A stretch of DNA of 62,195 bases, filler included, from Myxococcota bacterium (GTDB lineage: Bacteria; Myxococcota_C; UBA6777): NCBI GenBank assembly GCA_023150835.1. It is 3 parts of 3 records of this genome, joined end to end, with 100 filler letters (N's around TTAATTAATTAA, not from the genome) between each part and the next. Parts side by side here need not be neighbours in the genome. Positions count along the whole stretch, not along the records: positions 1 to 24,848 come from JAKLKB010000105.1; 2 more parts are not named here. One strand, 5' to 3'. The notes under the pieces were generated by a model, which saw only the letters and a program-made list of their open reading frames with translations, did no database searches and was not told the origin of the DNA. The position numbers and the translations under genes are program-made. Positions 1 through 10,867 of this stretch are shown here, one piece after another (the first letter of the stretch is position 1; every line of letters begins with the position of its first letter).

Positions 1-19
1 GGGGAAGTTGGAACGGGCA

Positions 20-125
20 GCGTCTGCATTTCGTGCATACAGCGTGCGTCATGAAAAAACAAAATCCCCGATGCTTCCGACTTTCGCTCCCTCCCCTGTT
101 CACGGGGGAGGGCGGGGTGGGGGGC
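20..125 (+). repeat. Dispersed repeat family C (contains the CTCCCTCCCC-TGTTCAC-GGGGGAGGG palindrome)
   Basis: Near-identical to 49732-49825 and to the reverse complement of about 62090-62195. Confidence 0.85.
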
Positions 126-149
126 TTTCCTCCGCTTCACAAGGCGCGT

Positions 150-228
150 ATGGGGGCAGCCCCCTGTGGCTGCCCAAGCACAGGGCGTCTACGTACTCTC
201 CTTCGATCACAGATCACGCGGATATCGT
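150..228 (+). repeat. Dispersed repeat family A, partial copy (REP-like GGGGCAGCCCCCTGTGGCTGCCC hairpin through GGATATCGT)
   Basis: Matches the right part of the copies at 20767, 52742 and 56036. Confidence 0.8.
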
Positions 229-262
229 CTCAATCCGACATCCCGACAAGAAGTGAACAGCC

Positions 263-1159
263 ATGCCTCATCCACCCCCGACTCAACGCTTTGTCCGCCC
301 TCTCCGATGGATCGGCACGATGACGCTTGTGTTGCTGTTGGGCGGCATGGCTTTGTTGTGGTGGTCTCCGCGTTGGATCTTGCGACCGCTGCGTTGGCTC
401 GAACGCAAGCACTTCGCGTATGTTGGGGACCAAGGCCCTTTGCAGATCGTTCATGCAGGACGATGGGAGCCGATCTATCCGAAGATGTGGAAGAGGCGTA
501 TGCACTTTCGCCGCAAAGCTCATCGAAGTGCGATCTATCTCCGCCTTGTACGGCTCGATCCCGCCGTCTACAGGATCGCGTTGTGGTACGGGATACCTCG
601 TCGCATCGGCTGGATGATGAAAAACACCGATGCGCTCGTGGCGATCAATGCGGGCTTGTTCGATCCCCAACGCCGCCCCCTTGGTCTGTTCAAACAAAAT
701 GGAAAACTGCTCAACGCCCGCCTCCACAAACGCTCGATTGACGGGGTTTTTTCCATCTCACACAACCTACGTCCCCAAATCTTGCCGGGGCGGGGCTTTT
801 CTCATCGCAACAGCCGCGACGCCTTCCAATCTTCCCCGCTGCTCGTCTTCCAAAGCAAGCGACACCCGCTACGCAAGCAAAGTTGGAAAGTGGATCGTCG
901 AAGTGCGCTTTGCCTTGACGAAGCGGGGTATTTGTTGCTGATGGCCACAGAAGGGTACTTTAATGGCTTGAGTTATGGCGAGATGAGTCAGTTGATGAGC
1001 CGCCCTGCGCATCAAGGGGGGCTTCAATGCCGATCGGGGCTGAACTTGGACGGAGGGGGGAGTGTGCAATGGGCTGTACGCACCCAAACAAAGCGGTGGG
1101 AAGCGATTCAGGGGATGGATGCAACGCCGCTATATTTGCTGATCCGTTCACGCAAATAG
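263..1159 (+). CDS. Phosphodiester glycosidase (NAGPA/DUF2233-like) family protein with an N-terminal membrane anchor
   Basis: Motifs AINAGLFD, RRSALC and NLDGGGS; hydrophobic N-terminal segment. Confidence 0.75.
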   Translation: MPHPPPTQRFVRPLRWIGTMTLVLLLGGMALLWWSPRWILRPLRWLERKHFAYVGDQGPLQIVHAGRWEPIYPKMWKRRMHFRRKAHRSAIYLRLVRLDPAVYRIALWYGIPRRIGWMMKNTDALVAINAGLFDPQRRPLGLFKQNGKLLNARLHKRSIDGVFSISHNLRPQILPGRGFSHRNSRDAFQSSPLLVFQSKRHPLRKQSWKVDRRSALCLDEAGYLLLMATEGYFNGLSYGEMSQLMSRPAHQGGLQCRSGLNLDGGGSVQWAVRTQTKRWEAIQGMDATPLYLLIRSRK

Positions 1160-1245
1160 CCGATACCGCTGGATTTGCTGAGCCGTTCACGCAAAGAGCC
1201 GATACCGCTGGATTTGCTGAGCCGTTCACGCAAAGAATCGATACC
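1134..1245 (+). repeat. 39-bp tandem repeat, about 3 copies, spanning the stop codon of the upstream gene
   Basis: ATTTGCTGAGCCGTTCACGCAAAGAGCCGATACCGCTGG-like units start at 1134, 1173 and 1212. Confidence 0.9.
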
Positions 1246-1310
1246 ACGAGAGACCGCTACATGAAAGAACTGAACGACAGAACCGCAAGACAAGACCACG
1301 CAAAGAGCCG

Positions 1311-1898
1311 TCATGTTCCGCGTTTGAGGTGAGTCAAAACGAGTTTTGCGGTGGCTTTGAGGGTATCAAAGACGCCTTTTCCCGAGACAGCGACAGCCTC
1401 AAACTCAGGGACACCACGCGGGTTGAGTTCAGCGCGTAGCTGTTCGGGGGTTGCGGCGTTGGGGAGGTCGCGTTTGTTGTACTGCATCACAAAAGGGATG
1501 GTATCGAGATCGTAGCCTTGTTCGGCGAGGTTATCGCGCAAGTTTTGAAGGCTTTCGTGATTGGCTTCCATCCGTTCGATCTGTGAGTCGGCGACAAAAA
1601 CCACACCATCCACGCCTTTGAGGATCAGCTTGCGGCTTGCGTCGTAGAAGACTTGGCCGGGGACAGTGTAGAGGTGAAAGCGGGTTTTGAAGCCACGGAT
1701 TTCGCCCAAAGAAAGGGGGAGAAAGTCAAAAAACAGCGTTCGTTCTGTTTCGGTGGCGAGGGAGATCAGCTTCCCTTTGGCGTCGGGGTTGGTCTTCTGA
1801 TAGATGTACTGAAGATTGGTGGTCTTTCCGCAAAGACCGGGACCGTAGTACACGATCTTACAGTTGATCTCACGAGAAGAGTAATTGATGAAGGACAT
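1311..1898 (-). CDS. mglA: Gliding-motility/polarity small GTPase MglA
   Basis: [48 protein letters not shown] and NKRD are characteristic MglA sequence. Confidence 0.97.
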   Translation of the reverse strand: MSFINYSSREINCKIVYYGPGLCGKTTNLQYIYQKTNPDAKGKLISLATETERTLFFDFLPLSLGEIRGFKTRFHLYTVPGQVFYDASRKLILKGVDGVVFVADSQIERMEANHESLQNLRDNLAEQGYDLDTIPFVMQYNKRDLPNAATPEQLRAELNPRGVPEFEAVAVSGKGVFDTLKATAKLVLTHLKRGT

Positions 1899-2081
1899 CG
1901 CGGTCTCCTTGAGCGTTCAGAGGTGGGCATTCGCTCATGTCACTCGCAATCTGTTCGCAACAGACGCGACAGAAAGCACCTTGCTTCGAGAGAAGCGCAG
2001 CGCGAGAGGAAAGATGCGGTTGGACGACCCTGCTGAAAACCTACGGGAAAAAAGCAAGGGCAGTAAAATACATGGGGTGGT

Positions 2082-2552
2082 TTAGTCTGCAAAAAGGTTG
2101 TCGATATCGTCTTCGCTGATATCATCGAAGATCGATCCTTCTTCTTTTTGGTTGTCTTTTTCCATCTCGTCAAAGACACGCTTGAGTTCTTCGCAGGAGC
2201 GTTTGACGCGCAAGCGCACGAGGCCCAAAGAAGAACGTTTGTCGAAGATCAGCACAAGGATCACGCGACCATCCACGATGGTAAGGTGGATGTTGTCGCG
2301 CTCGCCTTCGTGAAACAGGTTGGAGAATTCGCGCTCGCCAAGCAACTGAGCGAGACCGGTGGTGGCAGCGATGTTCCCCGCTGCAAGGGAGCCAAGCGAG
2401 GTGGTATCCATGTTTTGGACATCGCCGCTCGAAGCGATCAGAAGGCCGTTTTTGTCGATCAAAAAGACCACTTTGGCATTGGCATCGCGGTTCAGCCGAT
2501 CCGTAATCGCCTTGATCTGACGGTACGCCTGTTCGTGTAGCACGAAGCTCAT
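2082..2552 (-). CDS. mglB: MglB roadblock/LC7 GTPase-activating protein
   Basis: FLIDKNG, SLAAGNIAAT, LFHEGERDNIH, SSLGLVRLRVK and C-terminal DDIDNLF; directly upstream of mglA. Confidence 0.95.
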   Translation of the reverse strand: MSFVLHEQAYRQIKAITDRLNRDANAKVVFLIDKNGLLIASSGDVQNMDTTSLGSLAAGNIAATTGLAQLLGEREFSNLFHEGERDNIHLTIVDGRVILVLIFDKRSSLGLVRLRVKRSCEELKRVFDEMEKDNQKEEGSIFDDISEDDIDNLFAD

Positions 2553-2903
2553 CTAATTCCATCCTCCGCCAGCGTTGCGCCGCGCCTTGGGTTATGCTCC
2601 ACTGTCGTTTGCTGCTTGTTTGTGATCCAACAAACAAAACAACGCCCTATCACCGTTGAATCAACGATCGTTGCGCTGTCATCGGGAACGAAAGACAACG
2701 GTGAAAAACGATATCGAGTACATACTGCGGGAACTTGGAGACGTGAAACTCGCCGAAAGTTGAGGGAACCAAAAGATAAAGAGCAAAGCGAGTCACAACC
2801 GATGCCCATTATACAAAAGACACAAGCAGGGTCAAGCGCAGATCGTAAAACAGCCTGCAAACGCAAACATGCGGCAGGGTGTTTTGGGTGGGATCTAGGG
2901 CAC

Positions 2904-3497
2904 TTAGATCTCGCGTCGCGCTTCGAGGGCTTGGGCGAGGGTCGCACGATCGATGAATTCGAGATCGCCGCCTTTGGGGATCCCTGTGGCGATGCGAGTG
3001 ATGCGCAATCCGGGGACCGAAGCAAGCAGTTTTCGCAGATACAGAGCGGTCGATTCTCCTTCGACGGTGGGGTTGGTCGCAAGGATCAGTTCGCGCACGT
3101 CCGTTCGCTGTAACCGCTGTAAGAGTTCGCGCACCTTCAACTTTTCTGGAGTGATCCCTTCGAGCGGAGCGAGCGCACCATGAAGGATATGATAACGCCC
3201 GTGGTAGGCTTTAGAACGTTCCACCGCCATCATATCGGGGACGGTTTCTACGACACAGATCACATCTTGCTCGCGTTTTGGGTCCGCACAAAGCGAACAA
3301 GGATCTTGTTGGCTGAGGTTGCAACACTCCGAACAAAGATGAACGTGTTCGGCAACATCAAGGATCGCCGCCGAGAGATCGCGTGCAAGCTCCCGTTCTC
3401 CTGCCAACAGCGAAAAAACGATCCGTGTCGCCGAACGTTCGCCAACACCGGGCAATCGCGTCAACAGACGGATCAGATGCAAGATCGGATCGTGCAT
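2904..3497 (-). CDS. recR: Recombination mediator RecR
   Basis: LPGVGERSA HhH, C4 zinc finger, TOPRIM segment ELILATNPTVEGESTA. Confidence 0.95.
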   Translation of the reverse strand: MHDPILHLIRLLTRLPGVGERSATRIVFSLLAGERELARDLSAAILDVAEHVHLCSECCNLSQQDPCSLCADPKREQDVICVVETVPDMMAVERSKAYHGRYHILHGALAPLEGITPEKLKVRELLQRLQRTDVRELILATNPTVEGESTALYLRKLLASVPGLRITRIATGIPKGGDLEFIDRATLAQALEARREI

Positions 3498-3820
3498 TAA
3501 AACAGCCCGCCAAGGCCATTCATCATGTTCGCAGGAACGATCTTGCCCATCTCTTCTTGGTATTTTTCTTCGGCAAGCCGCACAGCCTCATTGACTGCGG
3601 CGACGATCAGATCTTGCAACATCTCCACGTCGTTGGGATCGACCACATCTTTATCGATATCCAACTTCACGAGGCGTTTCTTTCCGTTGACGTGTGCGGT
3701 CACCATCCCCCCGCCTGCGCTGGCTTCGACTTGCATCGCTTCCAGATCTTCTTGCATCTTCTCCATTTTTTTCTGCATCTGCTGCGCTTGCTTCATCAAC
3801 TGCTGCATTCCGCCCTTCAT
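3497..3820 (-). CDS. ybaB: YbaB/EbfC nucleoid-associated protein
   Basis: MKQAQQMQ, ASAGGGMV, DVEMLQDLIVAAVNEA; canonical dnaX-ybaB-recR order. Confidence 0.93.
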   Translation of the reverse strand: MKGGMQQLMKQAQQMQKKMEKMQEDLEAMQVEASAGGGMVTAHVNGKKRLVKLDIDKDVVDPNDVEMLQDLIVAAVNEAVRLAEEKYQEEMGKIVPANMMNGLGGLF

Positions 3821-3848
3821 CGATCGCTCCTTCTTTTCTTGTTTCGTT

Positions 3849-3958
3849 AGATCTCGCGCAAAAGACGGGGAGTTCTCCGACCCAAACGTCTTTCTTTTCC
3901 TATCTCGTCATATCTTGCGCAAAAGACGGTGAGTTCTCCGAACCAAACGTCTTTCTCT
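3849..3958. repeat. Two imperfect direct repeats (about 62-bp period) between dnaX and ybaB
   Basis: ATCT(C/T)GCGCAAAAGACGG(G/T)GAGTTCTCCGA(C/A)CCAAACGTCTTTCT occurs twice. Confidence 0.8.
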
Positions 3959-4032
3959 GCGTGGTTGGCGTTCAAGACGCCGAAACTTAACACCGCCCCC
4001 CTCAAACGGCAAGACCAGACATCAGCGCCCAC

Positions 4033-4143
4033 CGCTGCGCTTGGCTTGCGCCTTACGGCTCGGCTTCGTCGCCTAAAGACGATCAAGACGAACAATCCGA
4101 ACAAACGCTGCGCTTGGCTTGCGCCTTACGGCTCGGCTTCGTC
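4033..4143. repeat. 38-bp direct repeat duplicating the dnaX 3' end and stop codon
   Basis: CGCTGCGCTTGGCTTGCGCCTTACGGCTCGGCTTCGTC at 4033-4070 and 4106-4143. Confidence 0.85.
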
Positions 4144-6486
4144 TTCGCTGCTTGCTTCTGTTTCATCCAACACCAGCGGCGTCACGCGCACGATCTCCGC
4201 GTTGGGGATCACGCGCAAGATCGCCCGCGTCGCATCGTGTTGACGTACTTCTTCCTCAAGCGCTTGTTGGCGCTCTCGCTCTCGCAGAGCTTTGGCGTCC
4301 TCCAAACAAGGCGAAAACTCACGTTGTTGTTCTGCGTTGACTTTGACAAAACGCACCGTCAGCGGCCACCCTTGGCCGCGCAAAAAACGCTCAAGGTTTT
4401 GGCGTTTCGATTCATCAAGCTCTTGCACAGCGTACGGTGGATAGGCCAACAACAACTGTTCTCCCTCAACACGGTAAGCCATTGAGCGCAAAGAACCCGC
4501 CAGAAAAGCTTGCTCTTTCGCGAGCGAATGGATCAGCCGGCTCCATACATTGGATGAAAATTCGTCCTTTGCTCGGGCCGAGTTATCGGCCTTTTTATGG
4601 CTTGAAGCCGCAGAACGCGCAAGAGACTTTTCGCTTGAAGAGGCATTCGCCGGGCGCGAAGGTGCGGAGTTATCTGGAGGTGCGGGCTTTGTTTCTGGAG
4701 GTGCGGGCTTTGTTTCGCGAGCCTCGTTATCCGAAACAGGCTTTGGTGAGCGCATCTCCGAAGCCGGTGCGGCGACACTCATCGAAGGCGACGTGGGCAG
4801 CGAAGCCGTGGGACGCTCCGATGTTGCCGCAAGATAATCATCTCCAAACGCTGGAACAACCGAAGGGATCGTCGCCCCCAAAGAAGAGTGTACGCTGGTG
4901 TGCGCGTTTGGAGAGCGGGCCGTCGCTGCGGCTGTTTGCGAGATATCCGAGGTGGATGCTGCGATCGATTGATGCGAAGGCCCAGAAACAGCCGAACCTG
5001 CGGCCTGTTGCGCAGGCATCGAAATCATCGAACCTACGGCCTGTTGGGGCGTGTTTGAAACAGCCGAACCTACGGTCTGTTGCGGAGTCCCGAAACGAGC
5101 CGTTTCTACGGCCTGTTGCGGCGATCTTGGAACAGATGGAGCGGAGGTATCCGAGAATGTAGAATGGGAGGGAGATGCGAGATGTTCGGGGGTTGCGAGG
5201 CCGGATTGTAGGCTGCGTTGGAGATGTGCGTGGATCGATGCTCCTCCACCGTTGGGGTTTGAAAGAAGGGAAGTCTCCAAAGCAAGAGGACTTGGAGGGA
5301 TGCGCATCTGCGAAGGATCGTCTTGCGCAAGGCCCATCAGACGGCCTTCCAGAGAGGAAAGTTGAGAGATCAGATCTTCGAAGGGTCGGACAGGTTCAAC
5401 CCGCGCCATACGGATCAGCGTCATCTCCAACAACAAACGGGGATGATTCGATTGTGCGATCTCTTCGGCAGCTTGAGTCAAGATCCGAAAGATCTGTTGG
5501 ATGCGTTCGGGTTCTTCGGGCTGCACCAATCGACGCAACGCCGCCAATTCTTCTTCGGTCAGATCGACGATCCCTTCGGTATCTTGGCAGATGCGAACCA
5601 CCATCATATCGCGTAAAAAAGCCGAAAGCTCCTGTGTAAATTGGCGCAGATCGTACGCGAAATAAAACAGCGCATCGACCGCCCGCAAACACGCTCCTGC
5701 GTCTTTGGACAACAAAGCCTGCCCGATCTCCATCATGATCTGGCGATTGATCACGCCGATGGCTTGGGCGACAGCTTCATCTTTGGGAGATTCTCCCCCA
5801 AAAGCGATCACTTGATCCATCAAGCTCATCGCATCACGCGCTCCGCCTTGTGCTGCACGCGCCACCATCGCAAGAGCGGTTTCGCTCAACTGGATCCCTT
5901 CTGCTTTGGCGATCCGACGAAGGTGATCGCGCAACACCGTGGTTGGGATGCGTTTAAAATCGAAGCGTTGGCAACGCGACAAGATCGTCACAGGGATCTT
6001 GTGCGGCTCGGTGGTCGCAAAAATAAACATCACATGCGGGGGAGGTTCTTCGAGGGTCTTGAGCAGCGCGTTGAAGGCTTCTCGTGTAAGCATGTGAACT
6101 TCGTCGATGATGTGGACTTTGCGCTTCCCTTTGGTGGGGGTGTACTGCACGTTGTCCCGTAGCTCGCGGATATCGTCGATCGAGCGGTTGGATGCGCCGT
6201 CGATCTCGATCACATCAACCGATCGTCCTTCGGTGATCTCCACGCATAGATCACAACAGTTGCAAGGTTCCAACTCTTCGCGATCGGCTTTCAGGCAGTT
6301 GACTGTCTTGGCGACGAGACGTGCGATCGTGGTCTTTCCCACCCCTCTTGAACCTGTCAACAACAACGCGTGCGGCAAGCGATCCAACTTGATCGCATTT
6401 TGCAACGCCTGCACCACGTGCGGCTGCGCGATCACTTCTCCAAACCGCTGCGGTCGCCACTTTCGCGCCAAGACTAGGTATGACAT
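4126..6486 (-). CDS. dnaX: DNA polymerase III subunit gamma/tau with a long Pro/Ser/Ala-rich linker
   Basis: MSYLVLARKWRPQ start (ATG at 6486), GSRGVGKT Walker A, IIDEVHML, NALLKTLEEPP, SRCQRFDF. Confidence 0.96.
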   Translation of the reverse strand: MSYLVLARKWRPQRFGEVIAQPHVVQALQNAIKLDRLPHALLLTGSRGVGKTTIARLVAKTVNCLKADREELEPCNCCDLCVEITEGRSVDVIEIDGASNRSIDDIRELRDNVQYTPTKGKRKVHIIDEVHMLTREAFNALLKTLEEPPPHVMFIFATTEPHKIPVTILSRCQRFDFKRIPTTVLRDHLRRIAKAEGIQLSETALAMVARAAQGGARDAMSLMDQVIAFGGESPKDEAVAQAIGVINRQIMMEIGQALLSKDAGACLRAVDALFYFAYDLRQFTQELSAFLRDMMVVRICQDTEGIVDLTEEELAALRRLVQPEEPERIQQIFRILTQAAEEIAQSNHPRLLLEMTLIRMARVEPVRPFEDLISQLSSLEGRLMGLAQDDPSQMRIPPSPLALETSLLSNPNGGGASIHAHLQRSLQSGLATPEHLASPSHSTFSDTSAPSVPRSPQQAVETARFGTPQQTVGSAVSNTPQQAVGSMISMPAQQAAGSAVSGPSHQSIAASTSDISQTAAATARSPNAHTSVHSSLGATIPSVVPAFGDDYLAATSERPTASLPTSPSMSVAAPASEMRSPKPVSDNEARETKPAPPETKPAPPDNSAPSRPANASSSEKSLARSAASSHKKADNSARAKDEFSSNVWSRLIHSLAKEQAFLAGSLRSMAYRVEGEQLLLAYPPYAVQELDESKRQNLERFLRGQGWPLTVRFVKVNAEQQREFSPCLEDAKALRERERQQALEEEVRQHDATRAILRVIPNAEIVRVTPLVLDETEASSEDEAEP

Positions 6487-6665
6487 CCAACTATCCTTCT
6501 TCCGATAGGACCGACGTGTTTTGTCTGTGTTGGTGGGGCGTTGCCCCACGAGCCTCGTTGACTAGGCAAGCAACAGTCATCGGCAAGGCAAGCAAAAGAA
6601 AAAAAGGGAGCGTTGAAGCAGAGGAGAGTACAAGGAGAAAAAGACGATGGGAAGGGAGAAATGGG

Positions 6666-6768
<103 letters not shown>

Positions 6769-6787
6769 TAAGGGCGATGATAGATTG

Positions 6788-6876
<89 letters not shown>

Positions 6877-6918
6877 AAGGAAAGAGCCAGATCAGCGTGT
6901 ACTTTATGAAGTACAACT

Positions 6919-7005
6919 CGGAGAGGGTGGGATTCGAACCCACGGTACGGTTCCCCGCACACTTGATTTCGAATCAAGCGCCTTCGACCACTCGGCCACC
7001 TCTCC
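6919..7005 (-). tRNA. tRNA-Ser(CGA)
   Basis: Anticodon arm CTTGA-TTCGAAA-TCAAG; long variable arm; GGTTCGAATCC. Confidence 0.96.
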
Positions 7006-7015
7006 TTGGGGGGGG

Positions 7016-7492
7016 TTACGTCGTTGTTTTGGGCTTTTTTTTACGCCGTGCGCGAAAAAAAGATTGCAACAACATCGCAGATTCTTCGGCGCATACGCCG
7101 CTTGTGATCGCAAATTGGTGATTGAAGCCTGCGTCTTGAGCCAGTTGGTGAAGTGTTCCACAACATCCGGCTTTTGCATCATCACAACCATACACAAGAC
7201 GTTCAATGCGGGCGTTGATCAGGGCTCCAGTACACATGGGGCAGGGTTCGAGGGTGACGTAAACGGTAGCTCCCGATATTCGCCATTGTCCCTTGTTTTT
7301 TGCGGCTTGTTGGAGCGCGAGGATCTCAGCGTGGGCGGTTGGATCCGCGAGTGTTTCGCGGAGGTTGTGTGCGCGACCGATGATTTGTTCTTCAAAGACG
7401 ATCACGCAACCTACGGGGACTTCGCCTTGTAAGGCCGCTTCTGCGGCTTCTTGCAAAGCGATCCCCATCCACAGCCTGTCTTGTTCTTGCAT
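7016..7492 (-). CDS. tadA: tRNA adenosine(34) deaminase TadA
   Basis: GEVPVG, PTAHAE, TLEPCPMC zinc motifs; start set at MQEQDRLWM because the longer ORF overlaps the tRNA. Confidence 0.94.
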   Translation of the reverse strand: MQEQDRLWMGIALQEAAEAALQGEVPVGCVIVFEEQIIGRAHNLRETLADPTAHAEILALQQAAKNKGQWRISGATVYVTLEPCPMCTGALINARIERLVYGCDDAKAGCCGTLHQLAQDAGFNHQFAITSGVCAEESAMLLQSFFRARRKKKPKTTT

Positions 7493-7496
7493 CACA

Positions 7497-7521
7497 CAAA
7501 AAACCCCGCATATGCAGGGTT
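7497..7521 (-). terminator. Putative intrinsic terminator between tRNA-Arg and tadA
   Basis: Minus strand AACCCTGCA-TA-TGCGGGGTT hairpin running into a T tract. Confidence 0.55.
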
Positions 7522-7526
7522 GGTTG

Positions 7527-7600
7527 CGCACCCGGGAGGATTTGAACCACCGACCTTCGGATTCGTAGTCCGACGCTCTATCCAGCTAAGCTACGGGTGC
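7527..7600 (-). tRNA. tRNA-Arg(ACG)
   Basis: GCACCCGTAGCTTAGCTGGATAGAGC; anticodon arm TCGGA-CTACGAA-TCCGA; T-loop TTCAAAT. Confidence 0.95.
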
Positions 7601-7638
7601 AAGATATGTTAGAAAGTCTCACAAAAGACATCAATTTG

Positions 7639-7728
7639 CGGAGAGAGAGGGATTCGAACCCTCGGTGGGGTTTTAAGCCCCACACCCGCTTAGCAGGCGA
7701 GCGCCTTCAGCCACTCGGCCATCTCTCC
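7639..7728 (-). tRNA. tRNA-Ser(GCT)
   Basis: Anticodon arm CTCGC-CTGCTAA-GCGGG; long variable arm; GGTTCGAATCC. Confidence 0.96.
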
Positions 7729-8246
7729 TTGGTTGTGATGCACTCTACGGAGACATCGCAACGCGGTTCATTGTGCCAAGCATTTTTTTGTTCGACACTC
7801 CCGCGAAAGCTCGATAGGCTATACCCCAAGCCCTCCACCCTGTCAACTCTTTTTTTCCAACCTCCACACAACGCACCACGATCTCGCAACTTCTTTCTCC
7901 GCTCTTCGCCGTCCACCCGCCCGCTTCGCCATCCGCTCACCTGATTTGCGCCTCCAAAATGACGCGGTTTCGCTCTTTCCCTCTCTGCGTATTTCCCCGC
8001 TCTCCTCGTGCCTTTCACTCACGCAACACGGATCGGCGAGGTTGACTTTGGACGGCACTCTTGGGTACTCTGGGCGGGCTGTCGCGTCCGCTTCCTTGCT
8101 GCGCGGCTCCCAAACGCACGAAGGATGGATATTGGCCGAAGCAACGGCAGACGATCACCACAAGCCCGTTGGGTGGATCAATCCGATGCGGAGCATCATA
8201 AACCCAACACAACGAAAGAATCGCGATTGGATCTTGGAGGAAAAGT

Positions 8247-9119
8247 ATGTTGATTCGCACTTCATGGATGCGGCATTTGATGCAAACGAGCGCTGCTGGT
8301 TTTCTGTTTCTCTGTGTTACTGTCATGCCCGGCTGTCCAGCAAAATCCGACGGAAAATGCGCAGCCGATGCCGATTGCGCGAGCGACGCCACCAAAAAAG
8401 TATGCGACAAAAATGGTGAAAAGTGCGTGCAATGTTTGGAAAGTAAACACTGCGCCACAGGCGAAGTTTGCGATACAGCCGCCTTTACCTGTCGAAAAGG
8501 TTGCAACAACGCGGAGGATTGCAAAGCCTTGCCCGAATTCAAAGATCGCAAAAAAGTCGATTGCCGCGCCAGCGCGTGCGTCGCTTCTTGTGACTCCAAC
8601 GAAGACTGTAAGGCCGATGAAAAATGCGCGGACAGCAAGTGTATCGTCGGTCAGCGCGAAAACCTCCCCGGCAAATACGAAGGCTGCCCCGCTGGAAAAT
8701 GTCAGTTTGGCCTCGAATGTCTCACCTACAAGGGCGGCACCACCAACTACTGTTGGAAGCCTTGCGGCAAAGGTTGCGATGCAGACGAAATATGCGTCAA
8801 AGCCGCTGAATTTGCCGATGGATACGATGTTTGCATGAAAGCCATCCAAGAAGAAAGCGGTGGCTTTAACTACGACCAAGGCACTTCTTGCGGTGAGGGC
8901 TTGATCAAGCTGACTTCAGGAGCCAACAACTTCGGAACTTGCTGGAAAAACTGCACCGACAAATGCCTCGGTGGGCGCGTCTGCGCCAACCACCCCGGCA
9001 TCCAAGACAAAACGGTCAAACTCTGCTTCAAGCCCTGCCAAGCCGACACCGAATGCCCCAAAGGCACCCGCTGCCGCGAAAATACCGCACTCCAAGACAA
9101 ACCCTTCCATTGCTATTGA
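8247..9119 (+). CDS. Cysteine-rich lipoprotein (myxobacterial type), function unknown
   Basis: Lipobox-like [12 protein letters not shown] followed by many C-x3-D-C and C-x5-C modules; exact start uncertain. Confidence 0.7.
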   Translation: MLIRTSWMRHLMQTSAAGFLFLCVTVMPGCPAKSDGKCAADADCASDATKKVCDKNGEKCVQCLESKHCATGEVCDTAAFTCRKGCNNAEDCKALPEFKDRKKVDCRASACVASCDSNEDCKADEKCADSKCIVGQRENLPGKYEGCPAGKCQFGLECLTYKGGTTNYCWKPCGKGCDADEICVKAAEFADGYDVCMKAIQEESGGFNYDQGTSCGEGLIKLTSGANNFGTCWKNCTDKCLGGRVCANHPGIQDKTVKLCFKPCQADTECPKGTRCRENTALQDKPFHCY

Positions 9120-9185
9120 TCCCCCCTTCACTCTCCCTCACCTCTTGCTCTCTGTCCCCTTCTTCTGTGCTTTCCAAGAAGGATA

Positions 9186-9214
9186 TTGCCAAGCACACAG
9201 CGATCGGCTATCTC
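9186..9214 (+). promoter_or_regulatory. Possible sigma70 promoter for the carboxyltransferase operon
   Basis: TTGCCA-N17-TATCTC about 55 bp upstream of the ATG at 9268. Confidence 0.35.
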
Positions 9215-9267
9215 AAGCAACCACAGAAGCAGGCACCCCACGAAAGAATCGCAGAGTTGAGGTTGGG

Positions 9268-10821
9268 ATGAACACGACAGCAGAGAAGATCGAGGCGCTA
9301 CGGGCGCTCAAGAAGAAACTCCTTGATGGACAAGACCCGACAAAGATCGCCAAGCGCCACGAATCGGGAAAATACACCGCTCGCGAACGGATCGAAAAGC
9401 TCCTCGACCCCGGGACATTCCGAGAAACCGATGCCCTTGCACGCCACCGCTGCTATGACTTTGGAATGGACAAACAACGTCCCGAAGGCGACGGTGTGAT
9501 CACTGGCTATGGCAAGGTTCATGGCCGTCTTGTGTACGTCTTCTCACAAGACTTTATGGTGTTTGGTGGCTCGCTTGGCGAAGTCTTTGCAGAAAAGATC
9601 TGCAAGATCATGGATATGGCGATCCAAAATGGCGCGCCCGTGATCGGGATCAATGACTCGGGAGGAGCGCGCATCCAAGAAGGTGTCGTGAGCCTCGGTG
9701 GATACGCCGAGATCTTCTATCGCAATGTGCTTTCTTCGGGCGTCGTTCCACAGATATCTGCGATCATGGGACCGTGCGCAGGAGGAGCCGTCTATTCTCC
9801 TGCATTGACCGACTTTATCATGATGGTGGACAAAGGCAGCCATATGTTTATCACAGGCCCCGAAGTGATCAAGTCCGTCACCCGCGAAGAAGTCACCTTC
9901 GAGGAGCTTGGGGGGGCGATCACCCACAACTCAAAAAGCGGTGTCGCCAATATGATGGCCGCAAACGAAGACGATGCGTTCGAGCAGATCCGTCACTTGC
10001 TCTCCTTCCTACCCGCCAACAACATGGAAGATCCGCCCTTTGCACCTTCGGACGATCCCGCCGATCGCATGGATGCCGAACTCAATACCCTGATCCCCGA
10101 TGATCCGAACCGCCCTTACGATATGCGCGACGTGGTTCGCCACATCGTCGATCACGGCGAGTTCTTCGAGATCCAGCCGATGTGGGGAGCCAACTTGATC
10201 ATCGGCTTTTCCCGTCTCGGTGGCCGCGTGATCGGGGTGGTCGGCAATCAACCCGCTTATCTCGCAGGATGTTTGGACGTCGACGCCTCGATCAAAGGGG
10301 CGCGCTTTGTGCGTTTTTGCGATGCCTTCAATATCCCCTTGCTGACCTTCGTCGACGTCCCCGGCTTTTTGCCCGGAACCTCCCAAGAATACGCTGGCAT
10401 CATCCGAAACGGAGCCAAGCTTCTCTACGCTTATTGCGAAGCCACCGTCCCCAAGCTCACCGTGATCACCCGCAAAGCCTACGGTGGAGCCTACGACGTG
10501 ATGTGCAGCAAACACATCCGCTCGGACTTTAACGTCGCGTGGCCCACCGCAGAGATCGCTGTCATGGGCGCAGAAGGTGCCGTCAATATCATCTTCCGCC
10601 GCGAACTCAGCCAACACCCCGATCCCACCAAACGCCGACTCGAACTCGTCGAAACCTACCGCGACAAATTCGCTTCGCCCTACATCGCCGCTGAGCGCGG
10701 ATACATCGACGATGTGATCGAACCCCAAGAAACACGGCCGCGCTTGATCGAAGCCCTCGAAGCCTGCGCCAACAAACGCGAACGTCATCCAAGTCGCAAA
10801 CACTGCAATATGCCTCTCTAA
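9268..10821 (+). CDS. Acyl-CoA carboxyltransferase beta subunit (PccB / transcarboxylase 12S-like)
   Basis: [55 protein letters not shown] before ATG 9268. Confidence 0.93.
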   Translation: MNTTAEKIEALRALKKKLLDGQDPTKIAKRHESGKYTARERIEKLLDPGTFRETDALARHRCYDFGMDKQRPEGDGVITGYGKVHGRLVYVFSQDFMVFGGSLGEVFAEKICKIMDMAIQNGAPVIGINDSGGARIQEGVVSLGGYAEIFYRNVLSSGVVPQISAIMGPCAGGAVYSPALTDFIMMVDKGSHMFITGPEVIKSVTREEVTFEELGGAITHNSKSGVANMMAANEDDAFEQIRHLLSFLPANNMEDPPFAPSDDPADRMDAELNTLIPDDPNRPYDMRDVVRHIVDHGEFFEIQPMWGANLIIGFSRLGGRVIGVVGNQPAYLAGCLDVDASIKGARFVRFCDAFNIPLLTFVDVPGFLPGTSQEYAGIIRNGAKLLYAYCEATVPKLTVITRKAYGGAYDVMCSKHIRSDFNVAWPTAEIAVMGAEGAVNIIFRRELSQHPDPTKRRLELVETYRDKFASPYIAAERGYIDDVIEPQETRPRLIEALEACANKRERHPSRKHCNMPL

Positions 10822-10867
10822 TCGCCTTCACAACCCAAGAGAGACCCCGATACACCGAGGAATCTGT

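Noticed and set aside
4126-6486. Programmed frameshift or slippage site producing the gamma subunit
   Set aside because: I found no A-AAA-AAG plus hairpin or long A run at the expected position after domain III
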